Shown: positions 51,620 to 64,000 of the stretch, piece after piece
How the letters are laid out: each line of letters begins with the position of its first letter
Numbering within the stretch: position 1 is the stretch's first letter
Assembly: GCA_002632355.1 (NCBI GenBank)
Contig: NSJJ01000015.1
Span: forward strand, 8,730 to 72,729
Length of the DNA: 64,000 nt
Source of the DNA: Sulfuricella denitrificans
GTDB taxonomy: Bacteria; Pseudomonadota; Gammaproteobacteria; Burkholderiales; Sulfuricellaceae
Reading direction: 5' to 3'
The notes under the pieces: model-generated
Told to the model about the DNA's origin: nothing
What the model saw: only the letters and a program-made list of their open reading frames with translations
Database searches by the model: none
Made by a program: the position numbers and the translations under genes

Positions 51620-51626
51620 ATCGACC

Positions 51627-52166
51627 TCAGTTCTTGAACGGGAAGCTAAACGCCGCCAGCAAAGCACGCGCCTCTGCATCGGTTTTGGCAGTTGTGGTAA
51701 TGGTAATGTTCATACCTCGCAGCGCATCAATTTTCTCGTACTCGATTTCCGGGAATATGATTTGCTCTTTTACACCCATATTATAATTTCCACGACCATC
51801 AAATGATTTACCTGAAATTCCACGGAAATCGCGAATGCGCGGAATTGCCACAGTAATCAAACGATCCAGAAACTCATACATCTGCTCTTTGCGAAGCGTC
51901 ACCTTGCAACCCACCGGGTAACCTTCACGTATCTTGAAACCTGCAATGGATTTTTTTGCATTTGTAACCACCGGCTTCTGACCTGCAATTTTTTGCATAT
52001 CACCTACCGCATGCTCCATCACCTTTTTGTCCGCAACAGCTTCGCCCACACCCATATTGAGTGTGATCTTCTGAATTCGCGGCACTTCCATCACGGATTT
52101 ATAGCCAAACTGCTCTTTGAGCTGCTTCGCTACTGTTTCCTTATAAAAATCATGCAAACGGGCCAT
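51627..52166 (-). CDS. rplE: 50S ribosomal protein L5
   Basis: KITLNMGVG; PRIRDFRG; DGRGNY. Confidence 0.98.
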   Translation of the reverse strand: MARLHDFYKETVAKQLKEQFGYKSVMEVPRIQKITLNMGVGEAVADKKVMEHAVGDMQKIAGQKPVVTNAKKSIAGFKIREGYPVGCKVTLRKEQMYEFLDRLITVAIPRIRDFRGISGKSFDGRGNYNMGVKEQIIFPEIEYEKIDALRGMNITITTTAKTDAEARALLAAFSFPFKN

Positions 52167-52175
52167 GTTAATTCC

Positions 52176-52490
52176 TTACGCGTCAATCACTTCGCCGTTG
52201 GACTTGAAAAAGCGAACCTTTCGTCCGTCTTCCAGCTGCTTCACACCAACACGGTCAGCCTTTTTGGTAACCGGATTAAACAATGCCACATTAGAAATCT
52301 GAATCGGCATTTCCATATCCACGATACCGCCAGCAGAGCCCTTCATCGGGTTTGGCTTCTGGTGCTTTTTAACTTTATTCGCACCTTCAACAACAACCTT
52401 GCCCTCAAGAACGCGAAGAACCGCACCACGCTTGCCTTTGTCTTTACCTGTGGTAATGACTACATCATCACCCTTACGAATCTTGTTCAT
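52176..52490 (-). CDS. rplX: 50S ribosomal protein L24
   Basis: [19 protein letters not shown]. Confidence 0.98.
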   Translation of the reverse strand: MNKIRKGDDVVITTGKDKGKRGAVLRVLEGKVVVEGANKVKKHQKPNPMKGSAGGIVDMEMPIQISNVALFNPVTKKADRVGVKQLEDGRKVRFFKSNGEVIDA

Positions 52491-52500
52491 TCTTAGCCCC

Positions 52501-52869
52501 TTAAAGAACTTCAGGCGCCAGCGACACGATCTTCATGAATCGCTCAGTGCGCAACTCACGAGTAACCGGCCCGAAAATACGGGTGCCAATTGGCTCAAGT
52601 TTATTGTTCAGGAGTACAGCAGCATTCGCATCAAACTTCACCAACGAGCCGTCCGGACGACGAACACCCTTGGCCGTGCGAACAACCACAGCATTATAGA
52701 CGTCGCCTTTTTTGACGCGTCCACGTGGCGCTGCATCTTTGATTGTTACTTTAATGATATCGCCGATAGCGGCGTAGCGACGCTTGGATCCACCCAGCAC
52801 CTTAATGCACATAACCGAGCGTGCACCGGTATTGTCGGCAACATCCAGCCGAGTTTGCATCTGAATCAT
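52501..52869 (-). CDS. rplN: 50S ribosomal protein L14
   Basis: [16 protein letters not shown]; GTRIFGPV. Confidence 0.98.
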   Translation of the reverse strand: MIQMQTRLDVADNTGARSVMCIKVLGGSKRRYAAIGDIIKVTIKDAAPRGRVKKGDVYNAVVVRTAKGVRRPDGSLVKFDANAAVLLNNKLEPIGTRIFGPVTRELRTERFMKIVSLAPEVL

Positions 52870-52995
52870 GAATTTCTCCAACTTAAGCCGTCCATGCCTC
52901 GGTTCCTTGCAGAACCGGAGCGAATGCCAACGGTCAGTTTTGGTTCCCTACAGCAGCGACGGCCACATTAAGGGGGTTCGCCAACAAAGACGGCA

Positions 52996-53024
52996 AGTAT
53001 ATAGTGATTTCGTTACTACTGCAA
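52996..53024 (-). promoter_or_regulatory. Sigma70-type promoter of the spc operon
   Basis: Minus strand TTGCAG-17 nt-TATACT, just downstream of the rpsQ stop. Confidence 0.75.
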
Positions 53025-53032
53025 GAAAAAGC

Positions 53033-53293
53033 TTATACCGCTTTTTCAACCAGTCGACTTACCCGCCAGGCCTTTGTTCTGGCAATTGGTCGGCATTCTT
53101 GAATTTCGACCAGATCACCTTCATGAAATTCATTGTTCTCATCATGGGCATGGTATTTCTTCGAACGGCGAATAATCTTACCGTATAAGGGGTGCTTCAC
53201 CTTACGCTCAACAAGAACAGTTACGGTTTTGCTCATCTTGTCGCTCACAACGCGCCCGATTAGTGCGCGCGTAGTTACATTAGCTTCGCTCAT
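53033..53293 (-). CDS. rpsQ: 30S ribosomal protein S17
   Basis: [11 protein letters not shown]; HPLYGK. Confidence 0.98.
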   Translation of the reverse strand: MSEANVTTRALIGRVVSDKMSKTVTVLVERKVKHPLYGKIIRRSKKYHAHDENNEFHEGDLVEIQECRPIARTKAWRVSRLVEKAV

Positions 53294-53484
53294 GCTTGCC
53301 TCGCTTTTTCACTCATAATGGTACGCACCCGGGCAATGTCCTTACGCACTTTGCCAAGCTGATCCACCTTGTTGCTTTGCTGAGTGGAAAGCTGCATGCG
53401 CAGACTAAATTGCGCGCGCAACAACTCGACCAACTCCTGGTTCAACTCTTCAGCCGATTTGGCTTTCAATTCGCTGGCTTTCAT
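53290..53484 (-). CDS. rpmC: 50S ribosomal protein L29
   Basis: [12 protein letters not shown]; [10 protein letters not shown]. Confidence 0.97.
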   Translation of the reverse strand: MKASELKAKSAEELNQELVELLRAQFSLRMQLSTQQSNKVDQLGKVRKDIARVRTIMSEKARQA

Positions 53485-53486
53485 AA

Positions 53487-53903
53487 TTAGCTACCTACAC
53501 TTCGAAGCACAAAAGTAGTGGCAATTGGAAGCTTTGCCGATGCAAGGCGGAACGCCTCACGCGCCAATTCTTCACTCACCCCGTCCATTTCATACAGAAC
53601 CTTCCCAGGCTGAATTTCAGCCACGAAGTACTCTGGATTACCCTTACCGTTACCCATACGAACTTCGGCAGGCTTGGAAGAAATCGGCTTATCCGGAAAC
53701 ACACGGATCCAGATACGACCGCCACGCTTGATATGACGCGTCATTGCACGACGTGCAGCTTCAATCTGACGTGCAGTCAGACGACCACGCCCAATTGCCT
53801 TCAGTCCGAAATCACCAAAATTTACTTTATTACCGCGTGTAGCGATGCCGGTATTACGGCCTTTATGCTGTTTGCGGAATTTTTGTCTAGCTGGCTGCAG
53901 CAT
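53487..53903 (-). CDS. rplP: 50S ribosomal protein L16
   Basis: [16 protein letters not shown]; RMGNGKG. Confidence 0.98.
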   Translation of the reverse strand: MLQPARQKFRKQHKGRNTGIATRGNKVNFGDFGLKAIGRGRLTARQIEAARRAMTRHIKRGGRIWIRVFPDKPISSKPAEVRMGNGKGNPEYFVAEIQPGKVLYEMDGVSEELAREAFRLASAKLPIATTFVLRSVGS

Positions 53904-54597
53904 GTTTCGCTCCTGGCTTTCTCACTCTCTTGACTGGTTCTACCGGGGCAGCAACTGGCTGCTCGCCCTTGCCCATCACCTCGCCTTTGAATACCCATAC
54001 CTTGATTCCGATAATTCCGTATGTGGTCTTGGCTTCGGCTACGCCATAATCAATATCTGCACGCAATGTATGCAGAGGAACACGACCTTCACGATACCAT
54101 TCAGTACGTGCAATTTCGATTCCATTCAGGCGGCCTGCACTCATGATCTTGATGCCTTGAGCACCCAAGCGCATCGCATTTTGCATAGAGCGCTTCATCG
54201 CGCGGCGAAACATCACTCGCTTCTCGAGCTGCGATGCAATGTTTTCTGCTATCAGAGTTGCGTCGATTTCAGGCTTACGAATTTCTTCAATATTGAGATG
54301 AACAGGCACGCCCATCATCTTCTTCAGCTCCACTTTAAGAGCTTCAATATCTTCACCCTTCTTGCCGATCACAATACCCGGACGTGCGCTGTAAATCGTA
54401 ATCTTTGCATCGCGTGCTGGACGCTCGATAAGAATGCGACCAACCGCAGCATGAGATAGCTTCTTTTTCAGGAATGCACGCACCTTGATGTCTTCGTGCA
54501 GCATACCGGCAAAGTTCTTGCTATTTGCAAACCATTTCGACGACCAGTTTTTCAGAACACTCAGGCGAAAGCCAGTCGGATTAATCTTCTGTCCCAT
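53887..54597 (-). CDS. rpsC: 30S ribosomal protein S3
   Basis: [12 protein letters not shown]; [13 protein letters not shown]. Confidence 0.98.
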   Translation of the reverse strand: MGQKINPTGFRLSVLKNWSSKWFANSKNFAGMLHEDIKVRAFLKKKLSHAAVGRILIERPARDAKITIYSARPGIVIGKKGEDIEALKVELKKMMGVPVHLNIEEIRKPEIDATLIAENIASQLEKRVMFRRAMKRSMQNAMRLGAQGIKIMSAGRLNGIEIARTEWYREGRVPLHTLRADIDYGVAEAKTTYGIIGIKVWVFKGEVMGKGEQPVAAPVEPVKRVRKPGAKHAAAS

Positions 54598-54622
54598 AAT
54601 TTTCCTCTTAATACCCTAACAG

Positions 54623-54955
54623 TTAGTCGCCAACCGTTACGGTAATATGGCAGGTCGGTTTAAGGATGCGTGCACCACGGCCTTTAGCGCGAGCGCGGAA
54701 ACGCTTGAGCGTAGAACCTTCGTCCACAAAAATGGTAGAAACCTTCAGATCGTCAATGTCAGCACCTTCGTTGTGCTCAGCATTGGCAATCGCTGATTCC
54801 AGAACCTTCTTAATAATTACCGCACCCTTTTTCGGGCTGAAGGCCAGGATATTCAGGGCACGCTCAACCGGCAAACCGCGAATCTGATCTGCAACCAGAC
54901 GGCCTTTTTGAGCCGAGAGGCGGGTACCGCGTAATACAGCGCTAACTCTCATCAT
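54623..54955 (-). CDS. rplV: 50S ribosomal protein L22
   Basis: SAIANAEHN; RARAKGRG. Confidence 0.98.
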   Translation of the reverse strand: MMRVSAVLRGTRLSAQKGRLVADQIRGLPVERALNILAFSPKKGAVIIKKVLESAIANAEHNEGADIDDLKVSTIFVDEGSTLKRFRARAKGRGARILKPTCHITVTVGD

Positions 54956-54961
54956 GATCTC

Positions 54962-55237
54962 CTATTTCTTAGCCTTCTTGTCCGCTGCATGGCCTTTAAA
55001 TGTCCGCGTCAAGGAAAACTCTCCCAGCTTGTGACCAACCATATTCTCGTTAACAAAAACAGGAATATGCTGCTTGCCATTATGCACAGCAATCGTCAAA
55101 CCAACGAAATCAGGCAACACTGTTGAACGGCGAGACCATGTCTTTATAGGACGCTTGTCGCTAGTAGCACGTGCCGTTTCGATCTTCTTGATCAGATGCA
55201 CATCAACAAACGGGCCTTTTTTAATAGAACGAGCCAT
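54962..55237 (-). CDS. rpsS: 30S ribosomal protein S19
   Basis: [10 protein letters not shown]; [11 protein letters not shown]. Confidence 0.98.
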   Translation of the reverse strand: MARSIKKGPFVDVHLIKKIETARATSDKRPIKTWSRRSTVLPDFVGLTIAVHNGKQHIPVFVNENMVGHKLGEFSLTRTFKGHAADKKAKK

Positions 55238-55242
55238 TTACA

Positions 55243-56076
55243 TTACCTCTTATTCGATGGACGACGACGCACGATCATGTTCTGAGTGCGCTTGTTCCGA
55301 CGTGTACGATAACCTTTGGTCTGCGTACCCCATGGGCTAACAGGATGACGACCGGCAGAAGTTCTGCCTTCACCACCGCCGTGCGGGTGATCAACCGGGT
55401 TCATCACCACACCACGAACGGTTGGACGAACACCGCGCCAGCGCATTGCACCAGCCTTACCGATCGAACGCAAACTATGCTCGGAGTTACCGACTTCACC
55501 AATGGTTGCCTTGCAATCCACATGAACTTTGCGGATCTCGCCAGAGCGCAAACGCAACTGGGCATAAGCACCTTCACGAGCCAGCAACTGCACAGAAGTG
55601 CCTGCAGAGCGTGAAATCTGCGCACCCTTGCCTGGCATCATCTCTACACAGTGAACCGTTGTACCTACAGGAATGTTGCGCAAAGGCAATGTGTTACCAA
55701 CCTTAATCGGTGAGTCAGAACCACTGATCAGCTGCATACCAACCGTCACGCCTTTGGGTGCAATGATATAGCGACGCTCACCATCGACGTAACAGAGCAG
55801 CGCAATATGCGCACTACGGTTAGGATCGTACTCAAGACGCTCAACCTTTGCAGGAACACCGTCTTTATTGCGGCGAAAATCGATCACGCGGTAGTGCTGC
55901 TTGTGACCACCGCCCTGATGACGCACAGTGATTCGACCATTGTGGTTACGACCGGCATGCTTGAACTGGCTTTCCAGCAAAGGCGCATGCGGAGCACCTT
56001 TATGAAGGTCCGGGTTAACAACCTTAATGACGGCACGCCGTCCGGCGGATGTTGGTTTTACTTTAATCAATGCCAT
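55243..56076 (-). CDS. rplB: 50S ribosomal protein L2
   Basis: EYDPNRSA; [12 protein letters not shown]. Start at ATG 56076. Confidence 0.98.
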   Translation of the reverse strand: MALIKVKPTSAGRRAVIKVVNPDLHKGAPHAPLLESQFKHAGRNHNGRITVRHQGGGHKQHYRVIDFRRNKDGVPAKVERLEYDPNRSAHIALLCYVDGERRYIIAPKGVTVGMQLISGSDSPIKVGNTLPLRNIPVGTTVHCVEMMPGKGAQISRSAGTSVQLLAREGAYAQLRLRSGEIRKVHVDCKATIGEVGNSEHSLRSIGKAGAMRWRGVRPTVRGVVMNPVDHPHGGGEGRTSAGRHPVSPWGTQTKGYRTRRNKRTQNMIVRRRPSNKR

Positions 56077-56086
56077 ATCAGCTCTC

Positions 56087-56398
56087 CTACTCGCCAACCA
56101 TGAGGTTAAGTTCCTGGCCCGGCTTAAGTGAAACATAAGCCTTTTTCCAGTCCTTGCGGCGGCCCATGGTACGACCAGAGCGCTTCACTTTGCCCTTGAC
56201 ATTGGCAATCTGCACACCAGCCACTTCAACCTTGAACAACATCTCAACCGCAGCCTTTACCTCAGGCTTGGTTGCACTACCGACCACCCTAAAAACCACC
56301 TGCTGATACTTATCAGCCAGCATCGTAGCTTTCTCGGAAATTTGCGGCGCGAGAATGACTTGCATCAAGCGCTCTTGATTCGCAGTATTCGCAATCAT
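56087..56398 (-). CDS. rplW: 50S ribosomal protein L23
   Basis: PQISEKA; WKKAYVSL. Confidence 0.97.
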   Translation of the reverse strand: MIANTANQERLMQVILAPQISEKATMLADKYQQVVFRVVGSATKPEVKAAVEMLFKVEVAGVQIANVKGKVKRSGRTMGRRKDWKKAYVSLKPGQELNLMVGE

Positions 56399-57015
56399 CC
56401 CAGCATCTCCTCAAATTTCTTCACAGCACTGCGGGTCAACAACACATTTGAAAAACGCACCAGGTTTACTGGGTCAGCGTGTTGCGCCTCTACAACCAGA
56501 ATATGCGGTAGGTTGCGCGAAGAAAGATACAGATTTTCATCAACATCATCAGTCACAACAAGCACGCTCTTGAAGCCAAGCGACTTGATTTTCTGCACCA
56601 TTTGCTTGGTCTTTGGAGTGTCAATCTTGAACTCTTCAACCACCTGAAGGCGACCCAAACGCGCCAATTCAGAAAGAATCGACTGCATCCCGGCACGGTG
56701 CATCTTCTTGTTGACCTTGTGGGAATAGTTTTCCTCAGAGGTATTAGGGAATGTCTTACCACCACCGCGCCATAACGGACTAGAAGCCATACCAGCACGA
56801 GCATTGCCCGTACCTTTCTGACGGAATGGTTTTTTAGTACTCTTGGCAACCTCACTACGACCTTTTTGCGCACTTGTGGAAGTACGCGCATTTGCCATAT
56901 ATGCAGTGACTACCTGATGCACAAGGTCTTCATTGAATTCACGCCCAAACGCGACGTCGGAAGCATTTACGCTTGAGGTCGCCTGGCCCTGATCATTAAT
57001 AAGTTTAAGTTCCAT
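56395..57015 (-). CDS. rplD: 50S ribosomal protein L4
   Basis: [14 protein letters not shown]; RGGG. Confidence 0.98.
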   Translation of the reverse strand: MELKLINDQGQATSSVNASDVAFGREFNEDLVHQVVTAYMANARTSTSAQKGRSEVAKSTKKPFRQKGTGNARAGMASSPLWRGGGKTFPNTSEENYSHKVNKKMHRAGMQSILSELARLGRLQVVEEFKIDTPKTKQMVQKIKSLGFKSVLVVTDDVDENLYLSSRNLPHILVVEAQHADPVNLVRFSNVLLTRSAVKKFEEMLG

Positions 57016-57662
57016 TATGCACCTGCCTTCACAGCGGGGCGAATCATCACATCGCCACCTTTGGAGCCGGGAATCGCGCCTTTAATCAGCAGCAGCTGAC
57101 GCTCGACATCGACACGTACGATTTCAAGATTTTGCGTAGTGCGACGCACCGCACCCAGATGGCCTGCCATGCGCTTACCAGGAAATACACGACCAGGATC
57201 CTGATTCTGACCAATCGAACCAGGACTGTTATGTGAACGCGAGTTACCGTGAGTTGCGCGATTGGAACTGAAGTGATGACGCTTGATCGCACCAGCAAAA
57301 CCCTTACCCTGGGTTGTACCTGTCACATCCACCAGCTGCCCCGCCTGAAACACGTCCGCGCTTACGCTTGCGCCCAACGTAAATTGAGACAACTGATCAG
57401 CTTTGGCAATGAATTCCTTGATGGAGCGGCCTGCTTCCACACCCGCTTTTGAGTAATGACCGGCCATAGCCTTTGTCACACGACTGACACGGCGTTCGCC
57501 GCAAGTCATCTGGACGGCTGAATAGCCGTCAGTTTCTGCACTCTTGATTTGAGTCACGCGGTTACCTGACACATCAATCACACTTACCGGGACACTTGTT
57601 CCATCATCGGTAAAGATGCGCGTCATGCCAACCTTGCGACCAATTAGTCCGAGGCTCATCAT
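57015..57662 (-). CDS. rplC: 50S ribosomal protein L3
   Basis: GRKVGMT; [20 protein letters not shown]. Confidence 0.98.
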   Translation of the reverse strand: MMSLGLIGRKVGMTRIFTDDGTSVPVSVIDVSGNRVTQIKSAETDGYSAVQMTCGERRVSRVTKAMAGHYSKAGVEAGRSIKEFIAKADQLSQFTLGASVSADVFQAGQLVDVTGTTQGKGFAGAIKRHHFSSNRATHGNSRSHNSPGSIGQNQDPGRVFPGKRMAGHLGAVRRTTQNLEIVRVDVERQLLLIKGAIPGSKGGDVMIRPAVKAGA

Positions 57663-57742
57663 TATTTTCCTTAAACAATGCCGATTTCGATTGACCGGCG
57701 GTTTTTAATAGCAAAAGAACTATACGGCTAAAAAGACGGCGA

Positions 57743-57771
57743 AGTATACACCGTTTTTTTAACCGTTACAA
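57743..57771 (-). promoter_or_regulatory. Sigma70-type promoter between rpsJ and rplC
   Basis: Minus strand TTGTAA-17 nt-TATACT. Confidence 0.7.
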
Positions 57772-57789
57772 ACTACGCAACACCTATGC

Positions 57790-58098
57790 TTACAACTTGA
57801 TCTCTACATCGACGCCCGCAGGCAGATCCAACTTCATCAGCGCATCAACAGTTTTATCCGTTGGATCGATAATATCCATCAGGCGCAGATGAGTACGAAT
57901 TTCAAACTGATCGCGTGAAGTCTTGTTGACGTGCGGTGAACGAAGAACGTCGAAACGCTCGATGCGAGTAGGAAGAGGAACAGGGCCGCGAACTACAGCA
58001 CCCGTACGCTTCGCAGTATCCACGATCTCAAGAGCAGATTGATCAATCAAACGGTAGTCAAATGCTTTAAGACGGATACGGATTTTTTGGCTTTGCAT
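57790..58098 (-). CDS. rpsJ: 30S ribosomal protein S10
   Basis: IRIRLKAFD; GPVPLPT; LRSPHVNK. Start at ATG 58098. Confidence 0.98.
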   Translation of the reverse strand: MQSQKIRIRLKAFDYRLIDQSALEIVDTAKRTGAVVRGPVPLPTRIERFDVLRSPHVNKTSRDQFEIRTHLRLMDIIDPTDKTVDALMKLDLPAGVDVEIKL

Positions 58099-58117
58099 GA
58101 TTTTCCTAAAGAGCGAA

Positions 58118-58139
58118 GCGGCGAACATGAGTTCGCCGC
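58118..58139 (-). terminator. Perfect 9-bp hairpin between tuf and rpsJ (weak terminator or stabiliser)
   Basis: GCGGCGAAC-ATGA-GTTCGCCGC; followed on the minus strand by TTCGCTCTTT, a poor U-tract. Confidence 0.5.
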
Positions 58140-58151
58140 AAATTTAAATTT

Positions 58152-59342
58152 TTACTCGATAACCTTTGCCACGACACCGGCGCCGACGGTACGACCGCCT
58201 TCACGAATCGCGAAACGCAGGCCTTCTTCCATGGCGATCGGCTGGATCAGCGCTACGTTGATCGAGATGTTGTCGCCCGGCATCACCATTTCAGTGCCCG
58301 CTGGCAGTTCGATCGCTCCAGTCACGTCGGTGGTTCGGAAGTAGAACTGGGGACGGTAGCCCTGGAAGAATGGGGTGTGACGACCCCCCTCGTCTTTGCT
58401 CAGCACGTAGATCTCTGCCGCAAATTTGGTGTGCGGGGTGATGGAGCCCGGCTTGGCCAGTACCTGGCCACGCTCGACTTCTTCACGCTTGGTACCGCGC
58501 AGCAGTACACCGACGTTGTCGCCTGCCTGACCTTGATCCAGCAGTTTGCGGAACATCTCAACACCGGTGCAGGTGGTTTTGATGGTGGGCTTGATGCCGA
58601 CGATTTCGACTTCTTCACCGACCTTGACGATGCCGCGCTCGATACGTCCAGTCACTACAGTACCGCGACCGGAGATGGAGAAGACGTCTTCTACGGGCAT
58701 CAGGAAGGTGCCGTCAATGGCGCGTTCCGGTTGCGGGATGTAGGTGTCGAGGGCTTCTGCCAGTTTGAAGATGCTGGGCTCGCCGATGTCGCTCTGGTCG
58801 CCTTCGAGGGCTTTCAGGGCGGAACCGATGATGATGGGGGTGTCGTCGCCAGGGAAGTCGTATTTGGAAAGCAGTTCGCGGATTTCCATTTCGACCAGTT
58901 CAAGCAACTCCGGATCATCCACCATGTCGGCTTTGTTCATGTAGACGATGATGTAAGGCACGCCAACCTGACGGGCAAGCAGGATGTGCTCGCGAGTCTG
59001 GGGCATGGGGCCGTCTGCTGCAGACACAACCAGTACGGCGCCGTCCATCTGGGCCGCACCGGTAATCATGTTCTTGACGTAGTCAGCGTGACCCGGGCAG
59101 TCAACGTGGGCGTAGTGACGCGCTTGCGTCTCGTATTCCACGTGAGCGGTGTTAATGGTAATACCACGCGCCTTTTCTTCAGGCGCCGAGTCAATCTGGT
59201 CGTAGCCTTTGGCTTCACCACCAAATTTCTTCGACAGAATCGTCGTGATCGCCGCCGTCAAAGTCGTCTTGCCATGATCCACGTGACCAATCGTGCCCAC
59301 GTTTACGTGCGGTTTGGTACGCTCAAACTTGCCTTTTGCCAT
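58152..59342 (-). CDS. tuf: Elongation factor Tu
   Basis: GHVDHGKTT; DCPGH; NKAD. Confidence 0.99.
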   Translation of the reverse strand: MAKGKFERTKPHVNVGTIGHVDHGKTTLTAAITTILSKKFGGEAKGYDQIDSAPEEKARGITINTAHVEYETQARHYAHVDCPGHADYVKNMITGAAQMDGAVLVVSAADGPMPQTREHILLARQVGVPYIIVYMNKADMVDDPELLELVEMEIRELLSKYDFPGDDTPIIIGSALKALEGDQSDIGEPSIFKLAEALDTYIPQPERAIDGTFLMPVEDVFSISGRGTVVTGRIERGIVKVGEEVEIVGIKPTIKTTCTGVEMFRKLLDQGQAGDNVGVLLRGTKREEVERGQVLAKPGSITPHTKFAAEIYVLSKDEGGRHTPFFQGYRPQFYFRTTDVTGAIELPAGTEMVMPGDNISINVALIQPIAMEEGLRFAIREGGRTVGAGVVAKVIE

Positions 59343-59371
59343 GATCTAATACCCTCTCAATCTAATAACAG

Positions 59372-61465
59372 TTATTTCTTGTTCATGATCGCTTCGGCGA
59401 CGTTCTTAGGCGCCTCGGCATAGTGTTTGAATTCCATGGTATAGGTCGCCCGACCCTGAGTCAGAGAACGTAAGGTAGTCGAGTAACCAAACATCTCTGA
59501 AAGCGGAACTTCAGCCCGGATTGCTTTGCCGCCACCAGCCATGTCATCCATACCCTGAATCATGCCGCGACGTGAGGACAGATCGCCCATGACGTCACCC
59601 ATTTTCTCTTCAGGCGTCTCGACTTCAACAGCCATCATAGGCTCGAGCAGCACCGGATTAGCCTTGCGCATCCCGTCCTTGAAGCCCATCGAAGCCGCCA
59701 TCTTGAATGCGTTTTCGTTGGAATCCACATCATGGTAGGAACCGTCAAACAGGGTGACTTTCACGTCGACTACAGGGAAGCCGGCCAGCACGCCATTCGG
59801 AAGCGTATCGATCAAGCCTTTTTCTACAGCAGGAATGTATTCACGCGGAACCGTACCGCCTTTGATAGCATCAACGAACTCAAAACCCTTACCTGCCTCA
59901 TTCGGCTCCATTTTGAGCCAGACGTGGCCATACTGACCGCGACCGCCAGACTGCTTGACGAACTTGCCTTCGACCTCAACCGCCTTGCGGATGGCTTCAC
60001 GATATGCAACCTGGGGCGCTCCTACGTTGGCTTCAACACCAAACTCACGCTTCATGCGATCAACCAGAATCTCAAGGTGCAATTCGCCCATTCCGGAAAT
60101 AATAGTCTGGTTGGTTTCTTCGTCGGTACGCACACGGAAAGAAGGATCTTCCTGAGCCAGACGGTTCAGAGCGATACCCATTTTTTCCTGATCCGCCTTG
60201 GTTTTCGGCTCGACGGCAACGTGGATCACCGGCTCAGGGAAAACCATGCGCTCAAGAATAATGACCTTGTTCAGATCACATAGCGTATCACCAGTTGTAG
60301 CTTCTTTCAGACCCACAGCAGCAGCAATATCACCCGCACGCACTTCCTTGATCTCTTCGCGCTGGTTCGCGTGCATCTGAAGAATGCGACCGATACGCTC
60401 TTTCTTACCCTTGACCGGGTTATAGATGGTATCGCCGGAATTCACCACACCCGAATACACCCGGAAGAAAATCAGTTGACCAACATACGGGTCAGTCATG
60501 ATCTTGAATGCAAGACCAGAGAAGGCTTCGTCGTCAGCAGCCCGGCGCTCGCCTTCGCTCTCGTCTTCCAAGATACCCTTGACCGGAGGCACATCCAGCG
60601 GCGAAGGCATAAACTCCACCACAGCATCCAGCATTGCCTGAACACCTTTGTTCTTGAATGCGGAGCCGCACATCATCGGAACGATTTCGCTGGCGATCGT
60701 GCGCTGACGAATACCCTTCTTGATATCAGCAACCGACAGGTCGCCTTCTTCAAGGTATTTGTTCATCAGTTCTTCAGAAGCTTCTGCAGCGCTTTCCACC
60801 ATCTTCTCACGCCACTCCTGGCAGGTAGGCAGCAAATCCGCTGGAATCTCGCGCTCTTCGAATTTCATGCCCTGGGTAGAATCATCCCAGAAAATCGCCT
60901 TCATCTTGATCAGGTCAACCACGCCGGCAAAGGTGTCTTCAGCACCAATCGGCACCTGCAGCGGGACCGGGTTTGCCTTGAGGCGGGCGCGCATCTGATC
61001 GTAAACTTTGAAGAAGTTGGCACCAGAACGGTCCATCTTGTTCACAAAAGCAAGGCGCGGAACGCCATACTTGTTAGCCTGACGCCACACAGTCTCGGAC
61101 TGCGGCTGAACGCCACCCACAGCACAGTACACCATGCATGCACCATCCAGCACACGCATGGAACGTTCAACTTCGATCGTGAAGTCTACGTGACCCGGGG
61201 TGTCAATAATATTGATGTGATGCTCAGGGAAGTTATTATCCATTCCCTTCCAGAAACATGTGGTTGCAGCTGAGGTAATGGTAATACCACGCTCCTGCTC
61301 CTGCTCCATCCAGTCCATGGTTGCAGCGCCGTCATGCACTTCACCAATCTTGTGAGACACACCGGTGTAAAACAGAATACGCTCGGTGGTCGTGGTTTTG
61401 CCTGCGTCAATATGAGCACTAATGCCGATATTACGGTAACGTTCAATGGGTGTTTTACGTGCCAC
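59372..61465 (-). CDS. fusA: Elongation factor G
   Basis: AHIDAGKTT; DTPGHVDF; GMGELHLE. Confidence 0.99.
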   Translation of the reverse strand: MARKTPIERYRNIGISAHIDAGKTTTTERILFYTGVSHKIGEVHDGAATMDWMEQEQERGITITSAATTCFWKGMDNNFPEHHINIIDTPGHVDFTIEVERSMRVLDGACMVYCAVGGVQPQSETVWRQANKYGVPRLAFVNKMDRSGANFFKVYDQMRARLKANPVPLQVPIGAEDTFAGVVDLIKMKAIFWDDSTQGMKFEEREIPADLLPTCQEWREKMVESAAEASEELMNKYLEEGDLSVADIKKGIRQRTIASEIVPMMCGSAFKNKGVQAMLDAVVEFMPSPLDVPPVKGILEDESEGERRAADDEAFSGLAFKIMTDPYVGQLIFFRVYSGVVNSGDTIYNPVKGKKERIGRILQMHANQREEIKEVRAGDIAAAVGLKEATTGDTLCDLNKVIILERMVFPEPVIHVAVEPKTKADQEKMGIALNRLAQEDPSFRVRTDEETNQTIISGMGELHLEILVDRMKREFGVEANVGAPQVAYREAIRKAVEVEGKFVKQSGGRGQYGHVWLKMEPNEAGKGFEFVDAIKGGTVPREYIPAVEKGLIDTLPNGVLAGFPVVDVKVTLFDGSYHDVDSNENAFKMAASMGFKDGMRKANPVLLEPMMAVEVETPEEKMGDVMGDLSSRRGMIQGMDDMAGGGKAIRAEVPLSEMFGYSTTLRSLTQGRATYTMEFKHYAEAPKNVAEAIMNKK

Positions 61466-61499
61466 AGCTATGCAACCTTAATTATCTAGAGACTGAAAT

Positions 61500-61973
<474 letters not shown>

Positions 61974-61988
61974 CTAAACCTCAATCAA

Positions 61989-62366
61989 TTAAGCGGCTTT
62001 AGGACGCTTGGCGCCGTACTTGGAACGGCTTTGTTTACGATCTTTCACGCCAGCCGTATCGAGGCTACCGCGCACAGTGTGGTAACGTACACCCGGCAAG
62101 TCTTTTACACGACCACCACGAATCAGCACAACCGAGTGCTCCTGAAGATTATGGCCTTCACCGCCGATGTAGCTGATAACCTCAAAACCATTTGTCAGGC
62201 GCACCTTTGCAACCTTACGCAGTGCAGAGTTTGGCTTCTTTGGCGTGGTGGTGTAGACACGAGTGCAAACACCGCGACGCTGCGGGCAGCTCTCCAAAGC
62301 GGGCACCTTGCTTTTTTCTTTCTGCAGGGCGCGCGGCTTGCGCACTAATTGGTTGATGGTTGGCAT
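61989..62366 (-). CDS. rpsL: 30S ribosomal protein S12
   Basis: [10 protein letters not shown]; [10 protein letters not shown]. Confidence 0.99.
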   Translation of the reverse strand: MPTINQLVRKPRALQKEKSKVPALESCPQRRGVCTRVYTTTPKKPNSALRKVAKVRLTNGFEVISYIGGEGHNLQEHSVVLIRGGRVKDLPGVRYHTVRGSLDTAGVKDRKQSRSKYGAKRPKAA

Positions 62367-62467
62367 GCGTTAATTCCTAAATAAAATTACGGGACGGCCA
62401 GGCCGTCCCTGAATTCAAATGCTGCACCCAGGAAGTTCTATTTAGCCCGGATGTAAAAAGACTGAGG

Positions 62468-62496
62468 ATTTTATTGAGTTAATACCCCGCTGTCAA
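62468..62496 (-). promoter_or_regulatory. Near-consensus sigma70 promoter of the str operon
   Basis: Minus strand TTGACA-17 nt-TAAAAT; the -35 overlaps the rpoC stop codon. Confidence 0.85.
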
Positions 62497-64000
62497 GCAG
62501 GTTGTTTATCATCCTGTGCTTCCACTGGCGTTTCATCTACCAGTATATTTTCGCCCATGTCTTTACCCAGCTTCTGATTGCGACGCGTGTTATGGTACGC
62601 AAGTCCTGTACCGGCGGGAATGAGGCGCCCGACGATGACATTTTCCTTAAGGCCGCGCAATTCGTCTTTCTTGCCCATAATTGCTGCTTCGGTAAGCACT
62701 CGGGTTGTTTCCTGGAAGGAAGCGGCAGAAATGAAGGAATCCGTTGATAGCGACGCCTTGGTGATCCCCAGCAACATATAGGTATAGGTCGCACCTTGCT
62801 TGCCATCTGCCTCCATGCGCTCGTTTTCGTCCAGTACCTCGGCGCGCTCGACTTGCTCACCTTGAATGAAGCGGGTATCACCGGAATCGGAAATAGTCAC
62901 ACGACGCAGCATTTGGCGCACGATGACTTCGATATGCTTGTCGTTGATCTTCACACCCTGGAGACGATAGACGTCCTGCACTTCGTCTGCGATATAGCGT
63001 GCCAATGCTTCAACACCCAGCAAACGCAGAATATCGTGCGGGTCTGCGGGACCGTCCACAATCGATTCACCCTTGTTTACCACTTGTCCATCGTGAGCAG
63101 TGACGTGTTTATCCTTGGCGATCAGGTATTCGTTGGGGCTGCCATCAAGATCAGTGATCACCAGACGCTGCTTGCCCTTCGTATCCTTGCCGAAGGATAT
63201 CGTGCCTGTCACTTCCGCAAGCAGGCCAGCATCCTTGGGTGAGCGCGCTTCAAACAGTTCTGCAACGCGCGGCAGACCGCCCGTAATATCGCGCGTCTTT
63301 GAAGTCTCCTGTGGAATACGCGCCAGCACTTCACCCACGTTTACGTCCTGACCATTCTTTACGGTAATAATGGAACCCACGTGGAAAGTCACATTCACAT
63401 GCAGGTCGGTACCTGCGATTTTGACTTCTTCACCCTTTTCATCCAGCAACTTCACCTGCGGGCGCAAGCCCTTTGACTGGCTGCTTCCACGACGCTTGGG
63501 ATCGATAACCACCAAGGTTGAAAGACCGGTCACCTCGTCAATCTGCTTGGCGACTGTGACGCCTTCTTCCACGTTTTCGAAACGTACGTTACCTGCATAT
63601 TCGGTAATAATCGGACGGGTATGCGGATCCCAGGTCGCAAGAACGTGTCCAGCCTTGACAACTGTGCCGTCCATGGATAACAGGGTAGAACCGTAGGGAA
63701 CCTTGTGACGCTCACGCTCACGGCCGTTGTCATCCACAATCATCACTTCACCGCTTCGGGAAATGACGATCAGCTCGTTCTTGGTGTTTGTAACGTAGCG
63801 CATGCCGGAGGTAAAACGCAGCGTACCGTTGGATTTGATTTCTATCTGGCTGGTTACCGCCGCACGTGATGCTGCACCACCAATATGGAAGGTGCGCATG
63901 GTCAGCTGGGTACCCGGCTCGCCAATTGATTGAGCCGCAATGACGCCCACAGCTTCACCGACATTTACCAGCGTACCGCGACCAAGATCGCGACCATAGC
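62493..64000 (-). CDS. rpoC: RNA polymerase beta' subunit (3' part; gene continues beyond the window)
   Basis: [18 protein letters not shown]; [16 protein letters not shown]; [12 protein letters not shown]; [16 protein letters not shown]. Confidence 0.99.
   Translation of the reverse strand, partial: YGRDLGRGTLVNVGEAVGVIAAQSIGEPGTQLTMRTFHIGGAASRAAVTSQIEIKSNGTLRFTSGMRYVTNTKNELIVISRSGEVMIVDDNGRERERHKVPYGSTLLSMDGTVVKAGHVLATWDPHTRPIITEYAGNVRFENVEEGVTVAKQIDEVTGLSTLVVIDPKRRGSSQSKGLRPQVKLLDEKGEEVKIAGTDLHVNVTFHVGSIITVKNGQDVNVGEVLARIPQETSKTRDITGGLPRVAELFEARSPKDAGLLAEVTGTISFGKDTKGKQRLVITDLDGSPNEYLIAKDKHVTAHDGQVVNKGESIVDGPADPHDILRLLGVEALARYIADEVQDVYRLQGVKINDKHIEVIVRQMLRRVTISDSGDTRFIQGEQVERAEVLDENERMEADGKQGATYTYMLLGITKASLSTDSFISAASFQETTRVLTEAAIMGKKDELRGLKENVIVGRLIPAGTGLAYHNTRRNQKLGKDMGENILVDETPVEAQDDKQPA

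Overview
A 64-kb chromosomal window from a chemolithoautotrophic betaproteobacterium (Nitrosomonadales-like; inferred from gene content and synteny). In order: (1) the 3' part of a HAMP-GAF-HD-GYP phosphodiesterase gene, a YgjP-like metallopeptidase and dbpA. (2) A tightly packed 10.2-kb operon linking a REC-Hpt protein, ExbD, TonB, a TonB-dependent receptor, ExbB and a 1786-aa sensor with double beta-propeller, Y_Y_Y, histidine kinase, REC, Hpt, REC and GGDEF domains. (3) GC-rich rlhA and hrpB. (4) A lower-GC AAA-ATPase plus S8-protease pair (IetAS-type) beside a decayed RHH/RelE-ParE toxin-antitoxin locus. (5) psiE-can-purE-purK-divergent class II aldolase-nadA. (6) A form IA RubisCO locus, cbbR / cbbL-cbbS-cbbQ-cbbO, with two uncharacterised neighbours and a heptamer-repeat hairpin between cbbQ and cbbO. 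(7) nudB, rhodanese, non-discriminating aspS, DUF502, FmdB, ssb, yajR, uvrA and a DUF62 SAM hydrolase. (8) The alpha, spc, S10 and str ribosomal operons and the 3' end of rpoC. No CRISPR array, tRNA, rRNA, integrase or transposase was recognised. The best candidates for undescribed biology are the TonB-coupled propeller-kinase/diguanylate-cyclase operon, the small gene coupled to cbbO, and the class II aldolase with an apparently remodelled substrate site. All GC values are hand counts of sample 60-nt lines, and all family assignments are by motif recognition without database searches.
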